Made by a program: the position numbers and the translations under genes. Shown here piece after piece: positions 17,129-24,599 of a stretch of DNA of 24,644 nt. Origin of the DNA: a virus (lineage: Duplodnaviria > Caudoviricetes); IMG/VR virus record IMGVR_UViG_3300005326_000292, positions 1 to 24,644 of that record; one strand, 5' to 3'. The notes under the pieces are model-generated. The model saw only the letters and a program-made list of their open reading frames with translations. It made no database searches and had not been told where the DNA came from. Position 1 is the stretch's first letter. Every line of letters starts with the position of its first letter.

Positions 17129-18414
17129 ACGGATTCTTGGAATATTCAATCACTCAAATACAAAAAGATATGGCAGACGGGAAGGTCAGTGAAAAGGACG
17201 TTGCCCAAATCTGCATTGACAGAGTAATTGAAATGGAACCATCCTGTCAGGCATGGGAATGCTTTGGCCTGAAAGATCAATGTCAACCCGGTCCGCTTCA
17301 TGGAATCCCCATCGGCGTAAAGGACATATTCAATACCGCAGACTTTCCCACGCAAATGGGAAGCCCGATATGGAAGGACTTCACGCCGGGGAACGATGCA
17401 AGGGCTGTGTATAACCTGAAAAGCAACGGGGCCATTGTACCGGGGAAAACAGTTACGGCGGAATTTGCCGTACATGCATTGGGGAAAACATTGAATCCGC
17501 ATGACCACAAAAGAAACCCAGGCACATCTTCCAGCGGTTCCGCTGTTGCCGTAGCAACCGGCATGGTTCCTGCGGCCATAGGCACACAAACGGCAGGCTC
17601 AATTGTTCGTCCGGCATCTTACTGTGGCGTGTATGGGTGTAAGCCATCATTCGGGCTGATACCGCGCACAGGGATGTTGAAAACCTGTGACACATTGGAC
17701 ACCGTGGGATTCTTTGTAAGCCATGCGTGCGATCTGAGAGTAATGCTTGACGCGCTGCGGGTGCATGGCAGGAATTATCCGGTGAGTCATGAGGCATTAA
17801 TGAACAGTAAAAGACAGACAGGTCCACAAAACAGACCATGGAAAGTTGCATTTGTACAAACAAATACATGGAATTACACCGAAGCATATTCAAAAAATGC
17901 ATTGCTTGGTTTTGCTCAATTGCTATATGATCACACAGTTCAATTACCTAAAATCATATCCGGCGCCCATGATATTCATGCCACTATTTATAACAAAAGC
18001 CTGTCGCATTATTTCCGGGAAGAATACAAAAGAAAAGAGCTTGTTTCGCCTATAATGAATGAGATCATCGAAAACGGAAACAGAATCACATATCAACAAT
18101 ATCTTGACGCATTACAGGCACAGGTTGAGATTCAGCAGGTTATGGATAGGTTTTTCAATGACTACGACATTATAATCTTACTTAGCACAGCCGGAGTTGC
18201 ACCATTGAGGGATGAACCCGAAAAGCCCGACCCTGCGTTGATATGGACATTGGCACATTTGCCAGTTATATCCGTACCGGCGTTTACACATGAAGGATTG
18301 CCGTTTGGGATTCAGGTTGTGGCACGGAAATATAACGATTATCTGTTATTCAGATTTATCGACCATTTGATTGAATCTGGATTGATACCAGAAGGGGTGA
18401 ATCCAAGATCGTGA
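17110..18414 (+). CDS. Amidase-signature family enzyme (GatA-like)
   Basis: GPLHGIPIGVKD (Lys); PGTSSSGSA; GTQTAGSIVRPASYCGVYG (Ser-Ser-Lys triad motifs); GLPFGIQVV. Confidence 0.9.
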   Translation: MGCCEINGFLEYSITQIQKDMADGKVSEKDVAQICIDRVIEMEPSCQAWECFGLKDQCQPGPLHGIPIGVKDIFNTADFPTQMGSPIWKDFTPGNDARAVYNLKSNGAIVPGKTVTAEFAVHALGKTLNPHDHKRNPGTSSSGSAVAVATGMVPAAIGTQTAGSIVRPASYCGVYGCKPSFGLIPRTGMLKTCDTLDTVGFFVSHACDLRVMLDALRVHGRNYPVSHEALMNSKRQTGPQNRPWKVAFVQTNTWNYTEAYSKNALLGFAQLLYDHTVQLPKIISGAHDIHATIYNKSLSHYFREEYKRKELVSPIMNEIIENGNRITYQQYLDALQAQVEIQQVMDRFFNDYDIIILLSTAGVAPLRDEPEKPDPALIWTLAHLPVISVPAFTHEGLPFGIQVVARKYNDYLLFRFIDHLIESGLIPEGVNPRS

Positions 18415-18683
18415 GCAGATTAATATTAACAGCTCATATGGTGTTTGAATATAAGGGTAAACAATATGAGGCTGATGATATATGGAATCACGAATGGATA
18501 AATGAAGAATACATAGAAGTAATGGAATTCTTTTGGACGGAAGGAGGAGGAGATTGCGATTGTAATAGATCATTATCCATAAAAAAGAACTATCCTGAAT
18601 TTCTAGAATTAGATTGTGGAGATGAAATAAACTTAGTTTCCATAGATATCAAATCAAAACCGTGGGGTGGTAAAAATGTTTAA
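18411..18683 (+). CDS. Acidic hypothetical phage protein
   Basis: WTEGGGDCDCNRS motif; GTGA overlap; no sugar-enzyme features. Confidence 0.65.
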   Translation: MSRLILTAHMVFEYKGKQYEADDIWNHEWINEEYIEVMEFFWTEGGGDCDCNRSLSIKKNYPEFLELDCGDEINLVSIDIKSKPWGGKNV

Positions 18684-19818
18684 AAACCTTCAATATTGCA
18701 CACGCTGTATAATGCCGTCCAGCCGCGAAGGGATACAATTTGACGAAATGGGGCAATGCCAGGCTTGTGTGTCGGCAGAGCAGAAAATACATATCGACTG
18801 GACAAAACGCCGCGAGGCACTTGACCGGATAGTTACCGAAGCCAAGTTAAAGGCGGGTGATAATTACGACTGCATTCTTCCTATAAGCGGGGGTAAGGAT
18901 TCTACATGGCAGATGCATATTCTTGCAAAGGAATTGGGTATGAAACCGCTTTGTGTTACCCACAATCATAATTGGTATTCCAAGACCGGATGGAAAAACC
19001 TTCAAAAGATGTTGGAAGTGTTTAACCTTGACCATGTAATGTTTACCCCTTCCAGAAGCCTTGTCAACCGGTGCGCCAAGAGATCGGTTGAAACCATCGG
19101 GGACGCCTGCTGGCATTGTCATATGGGGGTATCGGCCTTTACGTTAAAAATGGCAGTAGCCTATAAAATTCCTTTAATCGTATGGGGAGAATCCACCGCC
19201 GAGCATGGACGGGCGACATATGGTCAACCGGATAAATTTGACAGGGACTATTTTTTAAGAGTATCAGCCAAGTACACCCCAGAACAATTTGCCTGTGATT
19301 ACATTACATTGCGCGACCTGTTCCCTTATCAATCACCGTCCATTGAGGAATGTGAAGGACTTCATGGGATCCATTTAGGCGACTATATTTTTTGGGATGC
19401 CGAGAGACAGACGGAATTCATCAAAAAGGAATATGGATGGAAAGGGCTTGAAATCGAGGGAGCGTATAAGGATTACAAAAGCGCGGAATGTGCCATGGCA
19501 GGAATACATGACTTCTTGTGTTATCTGAAACGCGGATATTCCAGAGCGACAGTTCAAGCGTCAGATGACATCAGGGCGGGGTTGATGACTAGGGAAGAAG
19601 GATTCAAAATTGCCGAAAAGTACGAACGGATTTTTCCTGGCTCAATGAAGTATTTCCTTGAAATCACTGGGTTGACCATAGAGGAAATGTCGGACAGCAT
19701 TGAAAAGTTTAGGCCGGATGTCTTGAAGGGCGTAAGCCTGCCGGTGGACAAGGAATGGCGATGTATTCCGGAGGCTGGCAAGCCATATGTACAAAGGCTA
19801 ATAAATGGTGAGGAATAA
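18676..19818 (+). CDS. N-acetyl sugar amidotransferase (PseA/WbuX family)
   Basis: YCTRC.MP...CQAC; YDCILPISGGKDS PP-loop; CWHCH; WGE; DIRAGLMTREEG. Confidence 0.9.
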   Translation: MFKNLQYCTRCIMPSSREGIQFDEMGQCQACVSAEQKIHIDWTKRREALDRIVTEAKLKAGDNYDCILPISGGKDSTWQMHILAKELGMKPLCVTHNHNWYSKTGWKNLQKMLEVFNLDHVMFTPSRSLVNRCAKRSVETIGDACWHCHMGVSAFTLKMAVAYKIPLIVWGESTAEHGRATYGQPDKFDRDYFLRVSAKYTPEQFACDYITLRDLFPYQSPSIEECEGLHGIHLGDYIFWDAERQTEFIKKEYGWKGLEIEGAYKDYKSAECAMAGIHDFLCYLKRGYSRATVQASDDIRAGLMTREEGFKIAEKYERIFPGSMKYFLEITGLTIEEMSDSIEKFRPDVLKGVSLPVDKEWRCIPEAGKPYVQRLINGEE

Positions 19819-19835
19819 ACAAAGGAGGTAGTGGA

Positions 19836-20981
19836 ATGGTCAGAGTGGCAGCCGTAATCCCAGCTCGCGGTGGATCAAAACGTATACCGCATAAAAATAT
19901 CGTTGAATTCTGCAAAAAACCTATGATTTGTTGGACTATCGAAGCTGCGCGGGATTCGGGCATATTTGATGATATATGGATTTCCACGGATGACGAAATG
20001 ATAAAACAAGTCTGTAAACAATATGAATCGAACAAAATCCATATTATCAACCGTGAGACATGCAACGATGACCATTCCACCGTAAGTCAGGCGACCATTG
20101 CAACGTTAAAGCAGCTTGAAAAGATGGGGCATACATACGATACGGTTGTACAGCTCATGGCAAACTGCCCGAACAGAGGATGGGCGGATACACGGAATTC
20201 TTATGACAACTTCGTGGAGATAGGAAGTAAATTTCAGCTATCCTGTTTTATGTTTGGTTTTATGAATCCATGGTGGGCGGTAAAGATTAGCGAGAGGCCG
20301 GAACCGTTATTCCCGGAAGCGTTAAAGACACGCAGCCAAGACCTGCCAAAACTGTACTGCCCGACAGGGGCGATATGGATTGCGGACGTAAAGGCATTAT
20401 ACGAAGCTGGGACATTCTACGGGCCAAATTATAAAATGCACCCAATTCCATGGGAATCCGCTGTTGACATTGACGATATGGAAGATTTGAAATTCGGCGA
20501 GACAGTCAAACGGATGATGACGGAGGAAAAGAAGCAGGAAAACCACAAGATCATGCTAAAACGTACCATGGACATACTGAATTCTTACGACAAGCTGCAA
20601 AAGAAGGTGGAGCAGGACAAAGCGGACATTGATGACATGAAACAGGAGAAGTTTGACAAAACGACCTTCCATTTATCCCGCCGCCCGGAAGGCCCGCAAC
20701 TGGATGATGAAGTCAGACATTTACAGAAAATACGCAACCGTGAGCGCGGGATGCTGCGGACACAAAGGCTATTGGAACGTATAGGCAAGGCCATGGATGG
20801 CATGGGCGAGGATACGGAAGGGATACTGAAACTGAAATACATCGATAACATGAGCATAGACGAAATAGCGGAAAAACTGAATTGCAGCAGGCGGACAATT
20901 GAGCGCAAGCACATGAAACTATTGAAGAAAATGAAGGTATTGTTATATGGCGCGGATGCGCTGGAAGGGGGAGAAACGTGA
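19836..20981 (+). CDS. Fusion: acylneuraminate cytidylyltransferase (NeuA/PseF, aa 1 to about 226) plus RinA/ArpU-like phage transcriptional activator (sigma70 region 4-type HTH)
   Basis: IPARGGSKRIPHKN, KPMI.WTI, STDD, RSQDLP, SAVDIDDMED; then coiled coil and ILKLKYIDNMSIDEIAEKLNCSRRTIERK...LLYGADAL. Confidence 0.85.
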   Translation: MVRVAAVIPARGGSKRIPHKNIVEFCKKPMICWTIEAARDSGIFDDIWISTDDEMIKQVCKQYESNKIHIINRETCNDDHSTVSQATIATLKQLEKMGHTYDTVVQLMANCPNRGWADTRNSYDNFVEIGSKFQLSCFMFGFMNPWWAVKISERPEPLFPEALKTRSQDLPKLYCPTGAIWIADVKALYEAGTFYGPNYKMHPIPWESAVDIDDMEDLKFGETVKRMMTEEKKQENHKIMLKRTMDILNSYDKLQKKVEQDKADIDDMKQEKFDKTTFHLSRRPEGPQLDDEVRHLQKIRNRERGMLRTQRLLERIGKAMDGMGEDTEGILKLKYIDNMSIDEIAEKLNCSRRTIERKHMKLLKKMKVLLYGADALEGGET

Positions 20982-21598
20982 AATTAAAAGTATTATCCGA
21001 ACAAGACTGCGAGCAGGTAAGACTATGGCGTAACGAGTGTTTGGAATCCTTGCGGACACCGTTTCCGCTGACAAAGGAGCAGCAGGCAGAATTCTACCAT
21101 AACACCGTATGCAATAGGGCGGCACGGGCAAGGTATTGGGGGATACACATGGACCCATATGAAAAATGTCCGGACGGTGAATTAATAGGCATGTGCGGCA
21201 TAGAAAACATCGAGCAGGAGAACCGCCGGGGTGAAATCAGCATCATAATGGACCCTCAATGCCGTGGAGAAGGGCATGGCACACAAGCAGTTGAGCTATT
21301 GCTAGAACAGGGATTCATGTATCTGAATCTTGAAAACATATGGGGAGAAGTATACGAAAACAACCCTGCGATTGAGTTTTGGAAAAAGATTATAAAAAAA
21401 TACTCACCGGATTACGAACCGATATGGCTGGATTGCATGAAGTATTACAACGGGCAATATTGGGACGGTTTATGGTTTAACGTCGAAAAAATTGATTATC
21501 TAAAAGCAACAAAACCAACAATGGGGGCGTGTGCAGATACAGTTATATTTGATGAATGCTGTGGGGAGGAAAAGAATGAGCATATTTGGATTATTTAA
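20978..21598 (+). CDS. GNAT N-acetyltransferase (PseH-like)
   Basis: DCEQVRLWRN; LIGMCGI; RGEGHG; LNLENIWGEVYENN.AI.FW. Confidence 0.82.
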   Translation: MKLKVLSEQDCEQVRLWRNECLESLRTPFPLTKEQQAEFYHNTVCNRAARARYWGIHMDPYEKCPDGELIGMCGIENIEQENRRGEISIIMDPQCRGEGHGTQAVELLLEQGFMYLNLENIWGEVYENNPAIEFWKKIIKKYSPDYEPIWLDCMKYYNGQYWDGLWFNVEKIDYLKATKPTMGACADTVIFDECCGEEKNEHIWII

Positions 21599-21884
21599 AC
21601 TACAAAAGATTAATTTTGACATTGACGGATGCTACTTGAAAAACTATGGCCTTGGATGCTGGCCTATGCGGATTCCCCCAAGAACAGGCGAAAGATGGCC
21701 TGAAAAGTTGGCGCATATATTTAAAAGCGTTGACGAGTACATGATTGTGGACGCAAGAAGAAGGGAAGGAGAAAGATACCCGATGTATGCTGAGCCAATA
21801 TTGGCGCGGAGCTATTCAAGGCGTGGCATAATCAAGAAAATAGCGGAACTGGAACAGCGAGGGTGGGAGATAAGAGCATTGTGA
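21576..21884 (+). CDS. Hypothetical protein
   Basis: GGGGAGGA RBS before ATG 21576; no recognised motif. Confidence 0.6.
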   Translation: MSIFGLFKLQKINFDIDGCYLKNYGLGCWPMRIPPRTGERWPEKLAHIFKSVDEYMIVDARRREGERYPMYAEPILARSYSRRGIIKKIAELEQRGWEIRAL

Positions 21885-21897
21885 GGGAGGAAATCAT

Positions 21898-22548
21898 ATG
21901 AGCCGAATAATCATCGACATGGGCAGCGGCAACACTTGTCGCAATGACTTTACAATAGTCAAGCGCATGATAGACGAACTAAAAGCCGTGGATACAGGAA
22001 AGCATGAGATCATCATAAAATGGCAAATTTTTGAGAAAGCAGGGCAGAATATCGTCCTTCTTCCTGAAACATTCGACTATGCTTATGAATATGCGGCGAA
22101 ATTGGGTTACAAGACCACGGCGAGCGTGTTTGACCTGAACAGCCTGAAATTCCTGCTAGAATATGACATTCCTTTCGTGAAAATTGCCAATAGACGGGAT
22201 TTGGATTGGTTGATTGGTGAGGTGCTGAGGAAGATACCTATTTGTATCAGCATTGGAGAGCATGAGCCATCTATAAAATATTTTTACACAGATGGCTTTG
22301 CTTTTCCACTTCAAGGAGATATGAAAATGCATTGCATTTCAAACTATCCCGCGAGATATGATGATTACATAAAGGCATTTACGCCGGATCAGCTACATAC
22401 TGGCATAAGTGATCATACAACATGCTTCTCACTATTCAGGAAGTTTGAACCTGAATTAGTCGAATGGCATTACCGCCTTAATGATTCAACCGGACTTGAT
22501 GCAGGACCATTTGCACGTACACCCAAGCAATTGCGGGAGGTATTATGA
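21898..22548 (+). CDS. neuB: NeuB/PseI family nonulosonate synthase, minimal form (216 aa, no C-terminal SAF domain)
   Basis: KWQIF, ASVFD..S, FVKIA, HCISNYPA, GISDHT, VEWHY, G.D. Confidence 0.75.
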   Translation: MSRIIIDMGSGNTCRNDFTIVKRMIDELKAVDTGKHEIIIKWQIFEKAGQNIVLLPETFDYAYEYAAKLGYKTTASVFDLNSLKFLLEYDIPFVKIANRRDLDWLIGEVLRKIPICISIGEHEPSIKYFYTDGFAFPLQGDMKMHCISNYPARYDDYIKAFTPDQLHTGISDHTTCFSLFRKFEPELVEWHYRLNDSTGLDAGPFARTPKQLREVL

Positions 22549-22754
22549 TCCAAAGATATGATATCTACACGCCCGTTATTAACGATATTAAGCCTGATGA
22601 AAACGGAGAATGGGTAAGGTGGGAAGATATAAAGCACCTGATGCCGATTCACGAAGCATTGATGAAGTGTGTCGATAAAACGGCGGAAAGAATAATAAAA
22701 GGAACGACAAATATAAAACCAATAGGGATTATGAAAGATATAAGCAACAGATAA
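22545..22754 (+). CDS. Small hypothetical phage protein
   Basis: IQRYD...PDENGEWVRWED motif typical of phage mini-ORFs; ATGA overlap. Confidence 0.65.
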   Translation: MIQRYDIYTPVINDIKPDENGEWVRWEDIKHLMPIHEALMKCVDKTAERIIKGTTNIKPIGIMKDISNR

Positions 22755-22766
22755 AGGGGGCCAACT

Positions 22767-23738
22767 ATGGAACTAGGGAGCATATGTCCATATACACAGG
22801 AATGCATAAGATTTGTCAATACGGGATGCGACGGGATACATCATCAAGGATGTCCGGATAAGCCGGTGAAGGACAAGGAAGTAAACATCCTGGAAAATAA
22901 GACTATCCTTATTACAGGTATGACGGGAAGTTTTGGGACTGCTTTCTCGAAGTACATATTGAGTAAGAAGCCCCAAAAGATCATATGTTTTTCCCGTGAT
23001 TGGCTGAAGCAAAAGAATTTGCGGGATGAAATGGGCGATCCGTCAAATGTGCGGTGGTTTATCGGGGACATAAGGGACAAGGATAGACTCATCCGGGCAA
23101 TGAAAGATGTGGACTATGTGGTCCATGCTGCTGCGATAAAAGACCTATCAAGTTGCGAGTACAACCCAAGTGAATGCATGCTGACAAATGTAATTGGGAC
23201 ACAGAACGTCATAGATGCATGCATAGAACGCAGGGTAAAGAAATCTATTCTAATCTCAACAGACAAATGTGTATCACCTATAAACGCATATGGAACAAGT
23301 AAAGCTATGGCGGAGAAACTATGGATACAAGGGAATAAATATGCAGCCAGCGAAAGTATGGCGTTTTCCGTATGCAGATATGGAAATGTCATAGGTTCTG
23401 CCGGTTCGGTTTTACCTGTATGGAAAAAACTGATCGAGAATGGTGCAAAAGAACTGCCGGTCACAGACGAACGATGCACAAGATTCTGGTTCCCGATGCA
23501 GGATGCAATTGACTTAGTTCTAGATAGTCTGGAAAATATGAAGGGCGGGGAGATTTACATACCGCACATACCGTCTATCAGGATCATTGACCTGGCGACA
23601 GCTTTTGGACTACCGTATAAGGTTGTTGGTATTCGCCCGGGGGAGAAGCTGCACGAAGAACTTGACCAAGGGTATTCATCGGATAAGAATGAATTCCTGA
23701 CCGTGGAGCAGATCAGGGAAACGATAAATATGGCGTAA
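22767..23738 (+). CDS. pseB: UDP-GlcNAc 4,6-dehydratase (PseB/FlaA1-like) with a 40-aa Cys-rich N-terminal extension
   Basis: TILITGMTGSFG; FSRD.LKQ; HAAAIK..CEYNP; STDK..PINAYGTSK; RYGNVIGS.GSV; TRFW; GIRPGEKLHEE. Confidence 0.9.
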   Translation: MELGSICPYTQECIRFVNTGCDGIHHQGCPDKPVKDKEVNILENKTILITGMTGSFGTAFSKYILSKKPQKIICFSRDWLKQKNLRDEMGDPSNVRWFIGDIRDKDRLIRAMKDVDYVVHAAAIKDLSSCEYNPSECMLTNVIGTQNVIDACIERRVKKSILISTDKCVSPINAYGTSKAMAEKLWIQGNKYAASESMAFSVCRYGNVIGSAGSVLPVWKKLIENGAKELPVTDERCTRFWFPMQDAIDLVLDSLENMKGGEIYIPHIPSIRIIDLATAFGLPYKVVGIRPGEKLHEELDQGYSSDKNEFLTVEQIRETINMA

Positions 23739-23871
23739 TGCTGTATAAGTAAAATGTTTTGCTGGAAAACACTAATAAAACCATGGAATATTGCTAGATT
23801 TAATATTAGGTTGCGCCTTATGGCGAGGGTATACGCTGTATTATATTGGGGCGGGAATCGCAGCGTAAGAA
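23739..23871 (+). promoter_or_regulatory. AT-rich intergenic region; candidate late promoter/activator site
   Basis: Lies just before the HNH/packaging genes; short inverted repeats (tgtttt-gctgg-aaaaca; cgcc-ttat-ggcg) and a TATTAT -10-like hexamer. Confidence 0.4.
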
Positions 23872-24276
23872 ATGGAGAAAAGAATGTCACCCATGCGTCC
23901 AAAACATCAATGTCGATATCCAAACTGTTTTGAGTTAACAGACAAGACTTATTGCCAGGAACATGAACAGGCAGTAAAAAGGAAGTGGCAGAGGGACAAA
24001 GACAGACACAGAGGAACGGCAACCGAAAGAGGATATGGGCCTGAATGGAGAAAATATAGAGAGAACTATATCAGAGAACACCCTCTATGTGTGGAATGCC
24101 TGAAGGAAAGAATATACACTCCAGCAGAGCAAGTTGACCATATCAAGCCGGTGAATGGACCGGACGATCCGTTGTTCTGGGAACCGACGAATCATCAGGG
24201 ATTATGCGGAAGACACCATAGGATTAAGACCGCTAAAGAGGACGGAGGATTTGGGAATGATAAAAATAATCTTTAA
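23872..24276 (+). CDS. Terminase-associated HNH endonuclease (HK97 gp74-like)
   Basis: CRYPNC...YC.EH; RGYG..W; HPLCVEC; VDHIKP; FW...NHQGLC..HH..KT; true start may be 23884 or 23893. Confidence 0.92.
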   Translation: MEKRMSPMRPKHQCRYPNCFELTDKTYCQEHEQAVKRKWQRDKDRHRGTATERGYGPEWRKYRENYIREHPLCVECLKERIYTPAEQVDHIKPVNGPDDPLFWEPTNHQGLCGRHHRIKTAKEDGGFGNDKNNL

Positions 24277-24513
24277 ACACGATGGATTTGAGATAACGGG
24301 CCATGCCGGGTACGCAAGAGCAGGACAGGATATTGTTTGTGCCGCCGTATCAGCAATAGGATATACGGTCATAGGAGTATTGGAAAAGATGGCAAGCGGA
24401 AAGTATGAGGTATCGACAGCAAGAATGATTTGCAATGTGAGAGACATGAGCGAAACAGCAAGGGACAGATAGTGCAGGACTATGGGAAATGGGTGAAGAT
24501 TATGCAGGAATGA
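24257..24513 (+). pseudogene. prp: Prp (DUF464) ribosomal-processing cysteine protease homolog, apparently frameshifted
   Basis: GHAGYA..GQDIVCAAVSA catalytic His/Cys motif; ORF stops at 24472 (71 aa); Prp-like tail QIVQDYGKWVKI continues in another frame to TGA 24513. Confidence 0.7.
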
Positions 24514-24599
24514 TAATTGACACTTGCAGAACGAGAATGAAGAAAACTTCCATAGATTAACATATGAGCAATGGGAATAAGTGGGAACCAGCAAAGCCA

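Noticed and set aside
17110-18414. gatA of the tRNA amidotransferase
   Set aside because: No gatB/gatC nearby; sugar-pathway context
10787-23738. Host chromosomal flagellar glycosylation island flanking a prophage
   Set aside because: No flagellin or fli/flg genes; phage genes lie on both sides and inside; no att site or integrase seen at the junctions
10787-23738. DNA hypermodification cluster
   Set aside because: No base hydroxymethylase, DNA glycosyltransferase or similar enzyme recognised; the only transferase is Maf, which is known to act on proteins. Disfavoured, not strictly excluded.
23872-24276. Homing endonuclease / mobile intron
   Set aside because: Size, motifs and position match terminase-associated HNH proteins; no interrupted gene
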